From NCBI RefSeq assembly GCF_001194135.2, contig NC_068982.1, positions 39,398,828 through 39,462,827 of the forward strand: a stretch of 64,000 nucleotides of DNA, in the 5' to 3' direction. Made by a program: the position numbers and the translations under genes. Below are positions 1 through 11,915 of the stretch, piece by piece. How positions within the stretch are numbered: position 1 is the first letter of the stretch; every line of letters begins with the position of its first letter. Below the pieces are notes generated by a model. It was not told where the DNA came from, searched no databases, and was given only the letters and a program-made list of their open reading frames with translations. Source of the stretch: Octopus bimaculoides. Taxonomy: Eukaryota.

Positions 1-14
1 CTGGCTGGCCTATA

Positions 15-145
15 GCTTTTGGCACAGATCAGCAATCAATTCAACTGACCTTGATATTTGATTGGTACTGGCTTATTATATTCATAGCTGGAAAGAAAAA
101 AACTCGTTGTTGACCTCAGCAGGAATTGAACTCAAAACGTAAAGT
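15..145 (-). mobile_element. SINE family B fragment (octopus OK/OR-like tRNA-derived SINE)
   Basis: Reverse complement resembles the body TTCTGAGTTCAAATTCCGCCGAGGTCGACTTT...AAGTACCAGT seen intact at 20514-20727; diverged. Confidence 0.55.
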
Positions 146-172
146 ACTACTGTAAAAAAAAAAAAGAAAAAA

Positions 173-441
173 CAGGCACCGGCGGAACTGTGTGGTAAGA
201 AGCTTGCTTCCCAACCGCATGGTTCTGGGTTGTCCCACCGCGAGGCACCTTGAGCAAATGTCTTTTACTGTAGCTTCGGGCCGACCAAAAACTTGTCAGG
301 AGTGGATTCGTTGGATGAAAACTGAAAAAACCCCGTCGTATGTATATTGTATATTCTTTTACATGTTTCAATCATTGGACTGCGGCCTTATGGCTGGATT
401 TGGTTGACGGGAACTGAAAGAAACACTGAAAGAAACGCGTC

Positions 442-479
<38 letters not shown>

Positions 480-576
480 NNNNNNNNNNNNNNNNNNNNN
501 NNNNNNNNNNNNNNNNNNNNNNNNNNNNNNNNNNNNNNNNNNNNNNNNNNNNNNNNNNNNNNNNNNNNNNNNNNNN

Positions 577-623
<47 letters not shown>

Positions 624-832
624 TGTGCGTCGGTGTTTTCCCCCACCATCACTTGACAAACGATGTTGGTGTGTTTACATCCCTGTAACTTAACAATTCG
701 GCAAAAGAGCCCCAATTGAATAAATACTAGACTTTAAAAGAATAAGTCCTGGGGTTGTTCGACTTAAATCCATTTAAAGCGGTGCTCCAGCATGGCCGCA
801 GTCAAATGACTGAGACAAGTAAAAGAGTAAAG
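173..832 (+). mobile_element. SINE family A (tRNA head + CORE-like segment + internal microsatellite + 3' tail)
   Basis: Head GTGTGGTAAGAAGCTTGCTTCCCAACC, CORE-like CACCTTGAGCAAATGTCTT, internal (TA)n/(GT)n around an N gap, tail GCGGTGCTCCAGCATGGCCGCAGTCAAATGACTGA...GTAAAAGA; many paralogues in the window. Confidence 0.8.
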
Positions 833-864
833 TAGTAAATGAATAAATAAATCATGTTGTTGAT

Positions 865-1035
865 GCATGCGTGGCTGTGTGAGAAGAATCTTGCTTCACA
901 GCAACATTGTTCCGGGTTCAGTCCCACTGTATGGCAACTTGGAAAAGTGTTTTCTACTATATTCTCGGGCCCACTAAAAACTTGTCAGGGGTGGATTTGG
1001 TGGATGGAAACTGAAAAAAGCCCGTCGTATGTATA
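865..1035 (+). mobile_element. SINE family A 5' half
   Basis: GTGGCTGTGTGAGAAGAATCTTGCTTC...GTTCAGTCCCACTG...GAAACTGAAAAAAGCCCGTCG. Confidence 0.75.
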
Positions 1036-1039
1036 TTAT

Positions 1040-1605
1040 TTTACAGTCGTTGGACTGCAGCCATGCTGGAGCACCGCCTTAAAAGGTTTTAGTCGCAGAA
1101 ATCGCCCCCAGGACCTATTCTTTGTAAGCTTATTCTATCGTCTCTTTTGCCGAACCGCTAAGTTACTGGGGCGTAAACACACCAATATCGGTTGTCTAGC
1201 GATGGTGGGGACACACACAGACACACAAACATAAACATACATAGATCGNNNNNNNNNNNNNNNNNNNNNNNNNNNNNNNNNNNNNNNNNNNNNNNNNNNN
1301 NNNNNNNNNNNNNNNNNNNNNNNNNNNNNNNNNNNNNNNNNNNNNNNNNNNNNNNNNNNNNNNNNNNNNNNNNNNNNNNNNNNNNNNNNNNNNNNNNNNN
1401 NNNNNNNNNNNNNNNNNNNNNNNNATATATATATATATATATATACGATGGGCTTGTGTCAGTTTCCGTCTACCAAATCCACTCACAAGGCTTTGCTCGA
1501 CTCGAGGCTATAGCAGAAGATACTTGCCCAAGGTGCCACGTAGTGGGACTGAGCTCGGAACCATGCGATTGGGAAGCAAGCTTCTTACCAAACAGCTACA
1601 TCTGC
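1040..1605 (-). mobile_element. SINE family A, near full length, antisense
   Basis: Reverse-complement tail CCATGCTGGAGCACCGCC at about 1061; reverse-complement head CTTGCCCAAGGTGCCACGTAGTGGGACTGAGC...CTTCTTACCAAACAGC at 1525-1596. Confidence 0.8.
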
Positions 1606-1609
1606 ACCT

Positions 1610-1820
1610 GTAAATGTGTGTGTGTGTCACCAGTGACAGCCGGTGTTAATATGTTTACGTCCTCTTAACTTAGAAGCTCGGCGAAAATTGGCCGAGAGAA
1701 TAAGCGCCAGGCTTAACAAAAAATAAGTCCTGGAGGTCGATCAATTCGGCTAAAAATGCATCAAAGCAGGGCTCCCGACATGGCTGCAGGCTAGTGACTG
1801 AAAAGATAAAAAGATAAAAG
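1610..1820 (+). mobile_element. SINE family A 3' fragment
   Basis: GTGTTAATATGTTTACGTCC...AATAAGTCCTGGAGGTCGAT...GACTGAAAAGATAAAAGA. Confidence 0.65.
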
Positions 1821-2001
1821 ACTACTCCCATTTCAAGTTACATTTCTATATGACATTGATTTCGTATTAACCCACGGGTATACAGTGAATCTCATTTCAT
1901 GTTACCCCTGCACTGCTCCTAATGCATCCCCACCTCACATTTGTGTTTGCACTAGTGAAAAAAAATCTGATGCTTACAGCTCGTCTATTGATTATACTGC
2001 T

Positions 2002-2220
2002 AAGGCGGTGAGCTGGCAGAAGCGTTAGAACGCTGGGAGAAATGATTAGCGGTATTTTGACTGTCGTTACGTTCTGAGTTCAAATTCCACCGAGGTCGAC
2101 TTTACCTTTCATCCTTTTGGGGTCGATAAATTAAGTACCAGTTGCGTACTGGGGTTGATCTAATCGACTGGCCCCTCCTCCCCCAAAATTTCGGGCCTTG
2201 TGTCTAAAGTAGAAAAGAAT
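2002..2220 (+). mobile_element. SINE family B full length
   Basis: AAGGCGGTGAGCTGGCAGAAGCGTTAG...GTTCTGAGTTCAAATTCCACCGAGGTCGAC...TTTCGGGCCTTGTGTCTAAAGTAGAAAAG; near-identical to 20514-20727. Confidence 0.9.
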
Positions 2221-2221
2221 G

Positions 2222-2458
2222 ATTATACTACTACTGATGATGATGATGATGATGATGATGTTGCTGCTGTTGCTGCTATTAAAGCTACAAATCCTATTGC
2301 TACGATCACCACCACCGCAACTACCATCACTCACTACAATCACCACCACCACAACCACCCCACAACTACTACTTCTTAGTAGTAGTAGTAGTAGTAGTAT
2401 ACTACTGCTGTTGCTGCTGCTGCTGCAGCTACTGCTACTACCGTTTCTGCTGTTGGGA
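2222..2458. repeat. Compound trinucleotide microsatellite (GAT/GCT/CAC/TAG)
   Basis: Directly visible; explains the poly-M/L/T/S ORFs. Confidence 0.9.
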
Positions 2459-4335
2459 TAAAATGAGAGAGCTTCATAATTTGAGGAGGTAATATTAAGT
2501 CGTGGGAGGTAAAATGAAATTTCGTTCAAGCTATATCCTGAGATAATTTCGGATCGATTCCATTCTATCTTCTGGTTATCAAAACATGATTTCAAGGTAT
2601 CCGGGGTGGGTGACGAGGTGGAGCAAGGGAAAATCTGAATTTTTTACACCGTAACAAACATCGCAAGTCATTTTGTTCAACGCTCTAATGATCCTGGAAA
2701 TCCACCCACCTTTGCGTTTTTTGTTTTAATGTTTTTCCATATTTCCATATTAGTTCTTTGAGATCATAAATTGTTAAAATTCGTCATTGTTTGAAGAATT
2801 TCCCATTCAAAAAAACAATCGGGTTTATTTGATGTTAATGGCAGTTTTATTATGTTAGCTTCACATACGTTAAACACGAAACTTAAAATATTCTGCCGTT
2901 ATAGTTGTCTTGCAATCCACAATAATTACAAATTCGCTTGTAAATATAGCAAATACAGTTACAAGTAAAACAAACTACACACGACCAAATCATGAGCCTT
3001 TTGTCGCTACCAGAATACAACCAAAAGAGTAGTCAAATCTCTCACAATTAGATCATACCTTTGCAAAAAGAAAAACAAAAGAGAAAAATGTATTATCTGG
3101 TGTATAATGAAGCAAAAAATCCTAAGAATCTTTACAGAGAAACCCAATTATAAAGTAATACCTAGAATCAAATATTTCTTTGTCATTAATGGACATGAGA
3201 CTTCAGACCGCAAAATAACCTCTAGTAACTAATGAATTTATTTTTTTGTGAGGTAAACATAAAACTTGTGGACTTCATTCTTCTAACGGGTATACAGGAG
3301 ACACAAAGAATGGATTCTCCGTCACATTAATTGATGAACATTGAGTTAACTTGATAAATTAAAATAGATGTGGCTAATTTTTCCATAGGAACGTGTCGCT
3401 TTAACGTAATTCCTAATAAAAATCAGTATGTACAATACATAATAAGGTTAGGGTTTTGAATTAAAGATTTGAATTCCAGATTTTTCACAGTAATATGGTA
3501 TAGGAAAAGATGAGGTAACAGTGTGAATATTGGAATTGGATCTGATCCTTGGTTTTCTTAGTCGGGATCTAAGGGTTAAACAATCACAAGTAGTCACTGG
3601 AACGCATTATATCATATAACAGAACAAAAGTAGCTAACGAGGGAATGTTATATCTAATAGGAATTCCAGCTCCCACCAATCCGTTCTCTGTTGCTTTGAA
3701 TTAAGTGCATAAATCATAGTTTGTAGTAAGCCATCACCGGCAAAACAATGTAATATTAATAATACGATGTCGGGATGTTTACGACGTGGATGTTTTGGGC
3801 ATAGGTTTCCCCGATCTCGATAAGCAATAAACTAGATATAAAAATCAATAGTTTATACCACAGTTAACGTATATAGAGTATTTCACCCAAAACCTATAAA
3901 AATAAGTAGATTAATAATATAGTGCATAATGCAACACACAGAGAGATCTTCCAAATCAGTAATAATACAAAACAAAACACCAAAAATATTCTGATTATTG
4001 AAGGAAACATAACGCCATTGTTCAGGAAAAATTAACGTCCAGCGATAACGAAAGAAGAAAGAAAAAGACAAAACAGCGTTACCATATTTCTGACCTACAA
4101 TAAAACGACAGTAAGAAAAATAATTTCATCTGGTACATAAATCAGGCAAAATTTTAAAATGTTGATGGGTCTAGAATATTTATTGTTCTATTGCTCAAAA
4201 AGAAACATAAATGATATAGAAAGATATATGAAAAATCATTAATAAAAACGCATGAAGCTGGAATATTGTAATACTTTCACTAATACAAGAATACATTAAC
4301 ACATGCACGCATTCACGCACACACGCACACTCACT

Positions 4336-4367
<32 letters not shown>

Positions 4368-4739
4368 CGCACACAAACAAACAAACAAACAAAGCACATA
4401 CTGGCACTATGTAAGTACACTTCCAAAAATACACTTATTTGGAATACATATACACACATACGTAAATACATGTGTGCGTTGGTGTGTCTGTGCATGAGTG
4501 TTTATCGTGATATATACATTTTGGCTAAAACTTTTATATACGTTTAGTAAATATTCATTTAACCCTACTTAAAACAAATCCAGTGAATGAAACGGATTAA
4601 ATCACAAGATTTTTAACGAACAATAGAAGAATAAATCATCTAGATTTTCCTGGTCATTACCGACTCATCGATGTATGTGTACACATATGATTGAATAAAA
4701 ATATAAAGTCACAATGACCCGAGAGGGGCAAGATTAGTG

Positions 4740-4773
4740 CTTAATATTTCGGACGCTAATACTTCATCAGAAA
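4740..4773 (-). ncRNA. Minimal type-I hammerhead-like motif, weakened stem II
   Basis: Minus strand: TTT CTGATGA A GTAT-TAGC-GTCC GAAA TATT AAG; core intact, palindromic AATATT in place of stem III, one mismatch in stem II. Confidence 0.5.
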
Positions 4774-5099
4774 AAAGAAACGGAAAGAAAGATAACAGGT
4801 AGTTGTAAGAAGAAAAAAATGGGGGAGGTTAAGTTGAAATGCGATTCTGTGGAATGTAAGGAAGAGCGAAAGAAGCAGGCTGGTGTGTGCATGTACAGAA
4901 GAATATTCGTTTAATAAGATAGGCATAGGGAAATGTGAGCCGTGTGGAGTGCAGGTGGTTTGTAAGGATATGTGGAGATGTGCAAGCAGTGTGTAATGCA
5001 GGTGATTCCTTGGGGTGCTTGGAAGTGTGCAAGAGTGTGATGGTGGGGTGGGAAGGAAGGTGAAAATGTACGAATGTGCTATAGGAGGAAGTGAGTGTT

Positions 5100-5148
<49 letters not shown>

Positions 5149-5475
5149 AGCTATGGAGTAAACAATGTAGATAGTGAGGAAAAGATGATATAATAAAGTA
5201 TACGGTACAAGGTCAGAAGAAAAGTGTGGGTAAAGTGTGTAAAAAACGTATAAGATTCAAGAGTTTGTGTATAATATCCAAAGAAAATGCAGTTAAACGT
5301 GAGAAAAGAAAACACGTAAATTTGAAAGAATATTAAAAAAAAGAAAAATAGAAATGTTGTTGTATTTGGGGATGGTCATATTGCCAGTTTAGCCAATAAA
5401 AACACACGCACTGTATATTTGGTGTTAATTTGCTTCAGCTTTATATTACATTACATTACAGTAATCCTATTTCAG

Positions 5476-5515
5476 CCAGAGTTCTTTCGTAACACTTCTG
5501 TTACCTCATCAGTGG
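5476..5515 (-). ncRNA. Minimal type-I hammerhead ribozyme motif, core intact
   Basis: Minus strand: CCA CTGATGA G GTAAC-AGAAGT-GTTAC GAAA G AA CTC TGG; perfect 5-bp stem II, 3-bp stem I, CUC cleavage triplet. Confidence 0.65.
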
Positions 5516-5859
5516 TCCTTTGCTTTCTTCTTTCTTATGTGTGTCCCACCTTGCTAACTATCAGCCATTTTGTATTTTATATTCCTATTTTATGTGTCTT
5601 AGAAAGGATTTTGAAAAATAATTGTTTAAAAGTATTGTTAACAATAGTCACGCAGGTGGAGAGTATTCCGGTGCTGAAAGGGTAGGTAATAATAACAGTA
5701 AAGAAATTCAATAGTTGCGGTGAAACAAAAAGATGTATTTAAGGAACCCTAAGTAAGGTACTACAATAGTGATTCCAGAGATGAGCTGGGCGCAGGGAAA
5801 TGTATAGAAGAGGGGATGTTCCTGTTGCTTCAATGCACACACACACACCACACATCACA

Positions 5860-6130
5860 CACACGCCCCCCCACACACATCTTTAATCTTTTACTTGTTT
5901 CACTCATTGGACGGTGCTGGGGCACCGCCTTAAATGGTTTTTTACATGTTATTTTAAACATTAGATATTTGTTCTATAAATCACCTTTGTCTAACCTTTA
6001 TATTACGGAGATTTAAACAAACGCACGCCGGTTGGTCAGTGCGGGGTTGTAGTAGAAGGCACTTGCCAAAGATGCCAGGCAGTGGGACTGAATCTAGGAA
6101 TCATGTGGGTGGGAAACAACTTTTTGTCTA
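5860..6130 (-). mobile_element. SINE family A, diverged, antisense
   Basis: GGACGGTGCTGGGGCACCGCC tail and CACTTGCCAAAGATGCCAGGCAGTGGGACTGAATC head remnants. Confidence 0.65.
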
Positions 6131-6361
6131 GACTCGAGTTTCATGTAATTGCAGTCTTCTAACAAGTTCTTTAAGTTCTAGTGAAGTGATACACTATACA
6201 GTATAATTTGAGCAGTGTCTTCTCATTTTTGAGAAACTAATATTTGAAAGTTTCTATCTATCTATCTATCTATCTATCTCTATTTATTTCATATCTATGT
6301 ATGTGTGTGCATATATATAGTTACATTCACATATACACACGTATATATAAATATATATATG

Positions 6362-6426
<65 letters not shown>

Positions 6427-7040
6427 GTGTGCGTGTGTGCGTGTGTGTGTGTGTGCATGCGTGCGTGCGTGTGTGTGTGTACGCGAGCAAGCGTAAATAA
6501 ATACATTACAGTCCAATATAAATGAAACTACAAAATGAACGTTAATCGAGTTAGATATTTAATAATGTCTTCTGTTCTCACCTAACAAAACATTGTTTGT
6601 TTTCGTTTTTGTGTTTTGTTTGTCTTGCCTATGTATTTTCTAAAACAAGCTGAAATATTCATGAAGTGTCACATGAGTATATGTCCACAAAATTCATTCT
6701 ATTAAGAATTCAAGGAACGTAGGAAACTGAATTTTTTTCTTCATAGAATACATTGTAAACTCTCAGGTAGTTAACTGAATTACAAGTCTATCATCTCATA
6801 CTTAAAAGTAACATAGCGTTCTCTTTTCTCACACTTTCAGCCTACTCGCCTGTTTTGTTAGTTAATGTTTTGCTTAGCCCCAGGATATTACTGACTGAGG
6901 AGACATAGGATTAAATGCTAGTTAAGGTTATCTCTACAGATTTTCTATAGAAATTATAGCCAGCTCTGATTTTGTTACAACGTTTTGTATCCGAGACGCT
7001 TGGTGTAAACAACAACGGGATCGAAAATGTAAAATAGGTA

Positions 7041-7092
7041 ATGGGCGTACATGATAAATTTCAGGAGTCTTTGCCCCTTCATCAGCACCCAT
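7041..7092 (-). ncRNA. Type-I hammerhead ribozyme motif
   Basis: Minus strand: ATGGGTG CTGATGA AGGGG-CAAAGA-CTCCT GAAA TTTATCAT GTA CGCCCAT; 7-bp stem I, 5-bp stem II, GUA triplet, weak stem III. Confidence 0.6.
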
Positions 7093-7364
7093 CAAACCCA
7101 TTAATCATCCATGAACTCATTGGTTAAATAGTCCCTAAATATAACCAATTTACATATCAAATCCATTCCTGGTACGTAAATATCAATGACATATAGGGAC
7201 ACTGTATTTCGTTATGCAACCATAATATTATGGTTTCATTACAAAATACGGTTTCCCTACACATCATTAGGATTAAATACGTTCCAACCGCAACTAATCG
7301 ATCTCTTCTATTTTAAGACAATCCCTCGATGACTTCTTTATAGTGAATTCTATAGTCTAAGTAC

Positions 7365-7540
7365 CAGTCTTGTGATGGAAACTATGATCAAATGTATTTT
7401 GCCTTTGACCATCTCGTCTTTGTTCCAGGCTAAGTATATGCACAATCAAAATATTTAGCATGTCCTTCTTTCCTAAGAACACTAAGTGTGATTTGTAGGA
7501 TATTCAGCTAATATTTCTAGTCGAGGGAGAAGACCCCATT
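7365..7540 (+). repeat. Interspersed repeat family C (TATGATCAAAxGxATT...GACCATC...GCTAxTTTCTAG), unclassified
   Basis: Diverged related segments at about 14860-15050, 28900-29045, 33890-34150 (-), 47560-47745, 54200-54360 (-) and 63400-63560. Confidence 0.5.
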
Positions 7541-7549
7541 GGGGATTTC

Positions 7550-7841
7550 ACTTAGAAAGGTGCCCTCTGAGGCACAAGTGCGAATAAAGTTGTTTATGGA
7601 AGACCAGCAGTCGCCCATGCATACCAGCCTCCCCTCTCCACACCACCGATGTTATCGAAGGGAAAAGCAAACGCCGGTAACGATATGCACCAGTGTCGTC
7701 GCAATTCATTTCTGTAGTGAACTAGAGCAACATAAAATAAAGTGTCTTGCTCAAGAACGCAACACACAGCCCGGTCCGTGAATCGAACTCACTATCTCGT
7801 GATTGTGAGCCCGACGCTGTAACCACTGAGCCATGCACCTT
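7550..7841 (-). mobile_element. SINE family D, tRNA-derived, full length
   Basis: Minus strand head GGTGCATGGCTCAGTGGTTACAGCGTCGGGCTCACAATC...GAGTTCGATTCACGG with A and B boxes, then TTCTTGAGCAAGACACTTTATTT. Confidence 0.85.
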
Positions 7842-10366
7842 CTAGGAGATACAGCGCTAATATTGAAGTCCTCTCATTCGATAGTATAACACTTTAGTTT
7901 TTACGCATGATAATTATGTTAATTCTTTAATTATATACACTCGAAATATATTATAACATTGAAGTTATAGTGCCATTGGAGTGGTGGATAGAATGCCTTG
8001 CAGTATTATACTGAATCTTATCTCTAAGTTCAAATACTACTGGGGTCAAATCTCCCTCTCATCCATTCAAAGGCGATAAATAAATTAACCGTCAAGGTCA
8101 ACAGATTGATCGAGCTGTGAGAGCGTGAGATTAGGGACTTGCAATATCTTGTACCGGCCTTTGGCATATTCGTTTCATATATTTTGCCGTTGGCTAGAAT
8201 CCAATCAATTATGAGGGTTGTTTTGTGCACAGGTATCGCGCTCAATGCCAAACAAACAACTCACAAATGAACTAAAAAATAAACAAATGATCATGAGAGA
8301 AGATTGCGGGGTTTTTTGTGTTGACCCGATTGATATAAGACGCTGATAATATCGGTTTTTGAATGTGTTTGCAGTAACTCTTATATAATTCTTTTCAATA
8401 TCGCCTGTATATACTCTATATATCACTGCAGAAATATTGACCAAAGCAACAAAATAATACAACTGTGTCAATGCTTAGAGAATGCATTAGACAGTTAGGT
8501 GTGGTAAATTCAAATATTTTCCAGATCGTAGGCTCTGGCGCACAGAGAAGTCATTTGCTCTGGTATGACATATACCTTGCCTGGTACTAAACAACTGCCT
8601 TTGTCTTCAAAGATTTAGGAGGTGTAATTATACGTTGTGCACAGGATGTTGTTATCGGCATTATCTTTGCTTTTCCCCAAGCATCTGCACAATTTTGAAA
8701 GCATATTAATCGATAGTTTTAACACAAATATGTTAAAGATATTCTACACCATAAACAATCTGAAAAATTTTATGCATACATTTAACTACTTATGGTAGCA
8801 ATTCGTTGCGCTATTACCTGTGAGTTGTTCACTCACTATATAATAAATCTTCACATAAATCTTACACAACTGCATATGCTGGATGAAATGCAATAAAGCA
8901 AACACAATTAACACTTTATGATTTTATACCAACTCGAATGAAAATGGAAAATAAAGACAATGAATCTATAGGTGAACGACATATAATATTGTTATATAAG
9001 ATCGTTAGATAATAGAAGTTAAGCTCTACCGAGCTTCTGATATCTAAGCCAGTTTCGAATTGAACGTCAGAAAGTATATTTTCTGTTTTATTTTATATAA
9101 ATGTTTCGAACCAATTTAGAAAGACTTGTTTTTTGACACAAACAAGTCAAAATCGAAATATCGAAAGATAAATATCAAAATTAAAAACACACTTGTAACA
9201 AATTTGTGATCGTGAATATTTTTCACAGATTTGATGATATTGTAATCTGAATTTAGAATGTGTATTTCTTATATTTATTCAGAATTTAGATTAGTTTGAC
9301 TAACAATTTTTTTTTGCATTGGCAAATTGATAAAGAGAAATAATGTAATTCTCGAATATGTGATGTTTACATTTTTTATCGTTAAAATAATTATAAATAT
9401 TTACGAATTGAATTTTCAATTTTTTCTTGGAGATATATTTCATATACTAAAACAGTTTTGTTCTATACGCTATTAAGCAGTTTCTCTGCCGGTTATCATC
9501 TGCATCTTATATTTATACGCATTTACACACGAGCGCACGCACGCACGCACACACACATACAAACACACACACACACACTCACACTCACACACACACGTAT
9601 GCATACATATATGTGTGTATATATGTATGTATATATATATATATATATATATATNNNNNNNNNNNNNNNNNNNNNNNNNNNNNNNNNNNNNNNNNNNNNN
9701 NNNNNNNNNNNNNNNNNNNNNNNGAGAGAGAGAGTGAGAGAGAGAGTGAGAGAGAGAGTGGGAGAGATATGCATATGTATTTATATGCCTATGGATTTGG
9801 TTAAAAAGAGACGATGAGCGATGGCTAGAGAAATATTGAGCTTTGTTTTAATAGTCAGTTGATCTAGCAAGCGGGGCCTCATATCAGTGCGCATTGATGC
9901 CGTCGAGAGGTAGGCCCCGAAACGGCGCGCATTCTCTCCTGATGACCCCATACACTTGCTGGCTTCCGGTATGCGGAGTTCTTGACTGGTAACACTTGCA
10001 TGTGCAAGTTGTTTGCAAGACACACATATATATATATATATGCATATATATATATTTTATTCTTCTACTTGTTCCAGTCATTAGACTGCGGCCATGCTGG
10101 TGTACCATATATATAGATATACTTTGGGAAGTGACTTTACCAGGTTCATGTCACATTTCCAATTGTTTTAAAGGTAGACTTTTGATAGACTTTAGAACGG
10201 TAGAAAGGGCTTGCACTTGGATTTTTCTTGGTGGTTAATTCATATAACAGTACTTTATGAGTAAATTTCTTTATTTCATTTGAGCCATCATAACAGGTGT
10301 TTCATCAGTGGTTGATTCTATACTTCTGTGCTGCAGGTTATTCGTTGAACAGCATATTATGTATAC

Positions 10367-10435
<69 letters not shown>

Positions 10436-10760
10436 CACACACATATTTTGTATAATTCGGATAAAAACCTCGTAACGTGCATTTAAGTGCTGTTATGTCC
10501 CTATTTAGTTACCACATGATATCCTTCAGTCGGGTATGTTCCTGTGTTGGATACACATGCGGAACACCTTGCATTAAACTAATACAAGAAAAATATAACA
10601 CAAGAATGGAGGATATCAGGCTTCATCGGGTGGATTACGAGTAATTCCTGTTGTTTTTTTGTTTTTGTCTTTGAATACTCTCGGTATATGATGTACATTT
10701 CTTTCAACCAATCAAATTATCAGATTCCAGGGGAAGCAAGCATAAACATATACATATACA

Positions 10761-10797
10761 GGGTTAGGGTTAGGGTTTGAGTTAGGGTTAGGTTTAC
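10761..10797 (+). repeat. Short degenerate interstitial (TTAGGG)n
   Basis: GGGTTAGGGTTAGGGTTTGAGTTAGGGTTAGG. Confidence 0.7.
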
Positions 10798-11734
10798 CCT
10801 GTGGATCTGTATAAAAACCGGGGGGGGGGGGAAGGTTCAGATTACATATAGTCCATCTGGACCATATTACTAGNNNNNNNNNNTTTTTTTTCAGAATCGG
10901 AATTTCCATAGCCTAAAACGTGGGATTCCGTAAAAAAATAATAATAATAAAGCAAGGGGGGGGGGAAGGTTCAGATTACATATAGTCCATCTGGACCATA
11001 TTACTAGAATACCACTACCAGCAATAACAATAACAAGACAAGACCACCTTCGAGGTGCTCATAAGTATTAATAAAGAAGGAGACATATATAGCAAATTTA
11101 ATCTTATTTGAGTGATGATAGTAGTTAAAAAATAAATAAATAAATAAATAAGAAACTGAAAGCGAGTTTTACCAAGTAGTGGTTATATATTTGCCAAATA
11201 GTTTGTTATATATTTCTTCTTTATTAATACTATGAGCACTTTGAATGCCGCCTTATTTCTCTAATATATATGTCCACACACACACACATATATAAAATAT
11301 ATACAGCTTTTAGTTTGGAATAAAGAGAGGTTACTCAGCAGGATGAAAGGGGCATTATGAACACTTGCTACAGTAGCTTGTATATCCAGTATTAGATATT
11401 TGTAAAGTTAATGTTTATATTTTAAGTTTTAGTGATTAGATATTTCGTGACAGTATTTCGTATATCTCTAACTGAATTTACCTTCAGGACGTAATTGTAC
11501 ATCCCAGTGTGCACCATTAGAGACAATCAAAACGATCAATAATCAGCTGTTCTATTGATTTCTTATGAGCTCAAGTCCTGCGTAGGTACACACTGCAATA
11601 TACGCCTACAATAGATTTCTGTTACTAGGGGATGGGGCAGTCATTAATCTAAGACATGTCTTTGAAAGGAAAAAAAAGGTTGATACAATTATTACAATTC
11701 GTTGTGTCCGGGTCGTCATGTTGTATATTGGTTT

Positions 11735-11915
11735 CAAATTTCAACTTTTGATATAAGGCCAGTAATTGAGAGGGGAGGAGTAAGTCGATTACATAGACCT
11801 GGGTGCTTGACGAGTACTTATTTTAACAAATTCTGCGGAAATTGAATTCAGAACGTAAAGGCGAATGAAAGACCGCTAAGCATTTCGTCCGGTTCTGCCA
11901 GCTCGCCGCCTTAAC
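11735..11915 (-). mobile_element. SINE family B, antisense
   Basis: GGAATTGAATTCAGAACGTAAAG...CTAAGCATTTCGTCCGG...TTCTGCCAGCTCGCCGCCTT. Confidence 0.8.

Noticed and set aside
4850-4864. TGGAATGTAAGGAAG, a match to the miR-1/206 5' end
   Set aside because: There is no complementary arm or hairpin nearby and the 3' part diverges.
8030-8720. Balanced-composition block with short minus-strand ORFs
   Set aside because: Possibly a decayed TE, but no motif could be assigned.
10815-11007. Exact 50-bp direct duplication flanking a 10-N gap
   Set aside because: This is typical of a contig-overlap or scaffolding artefact.
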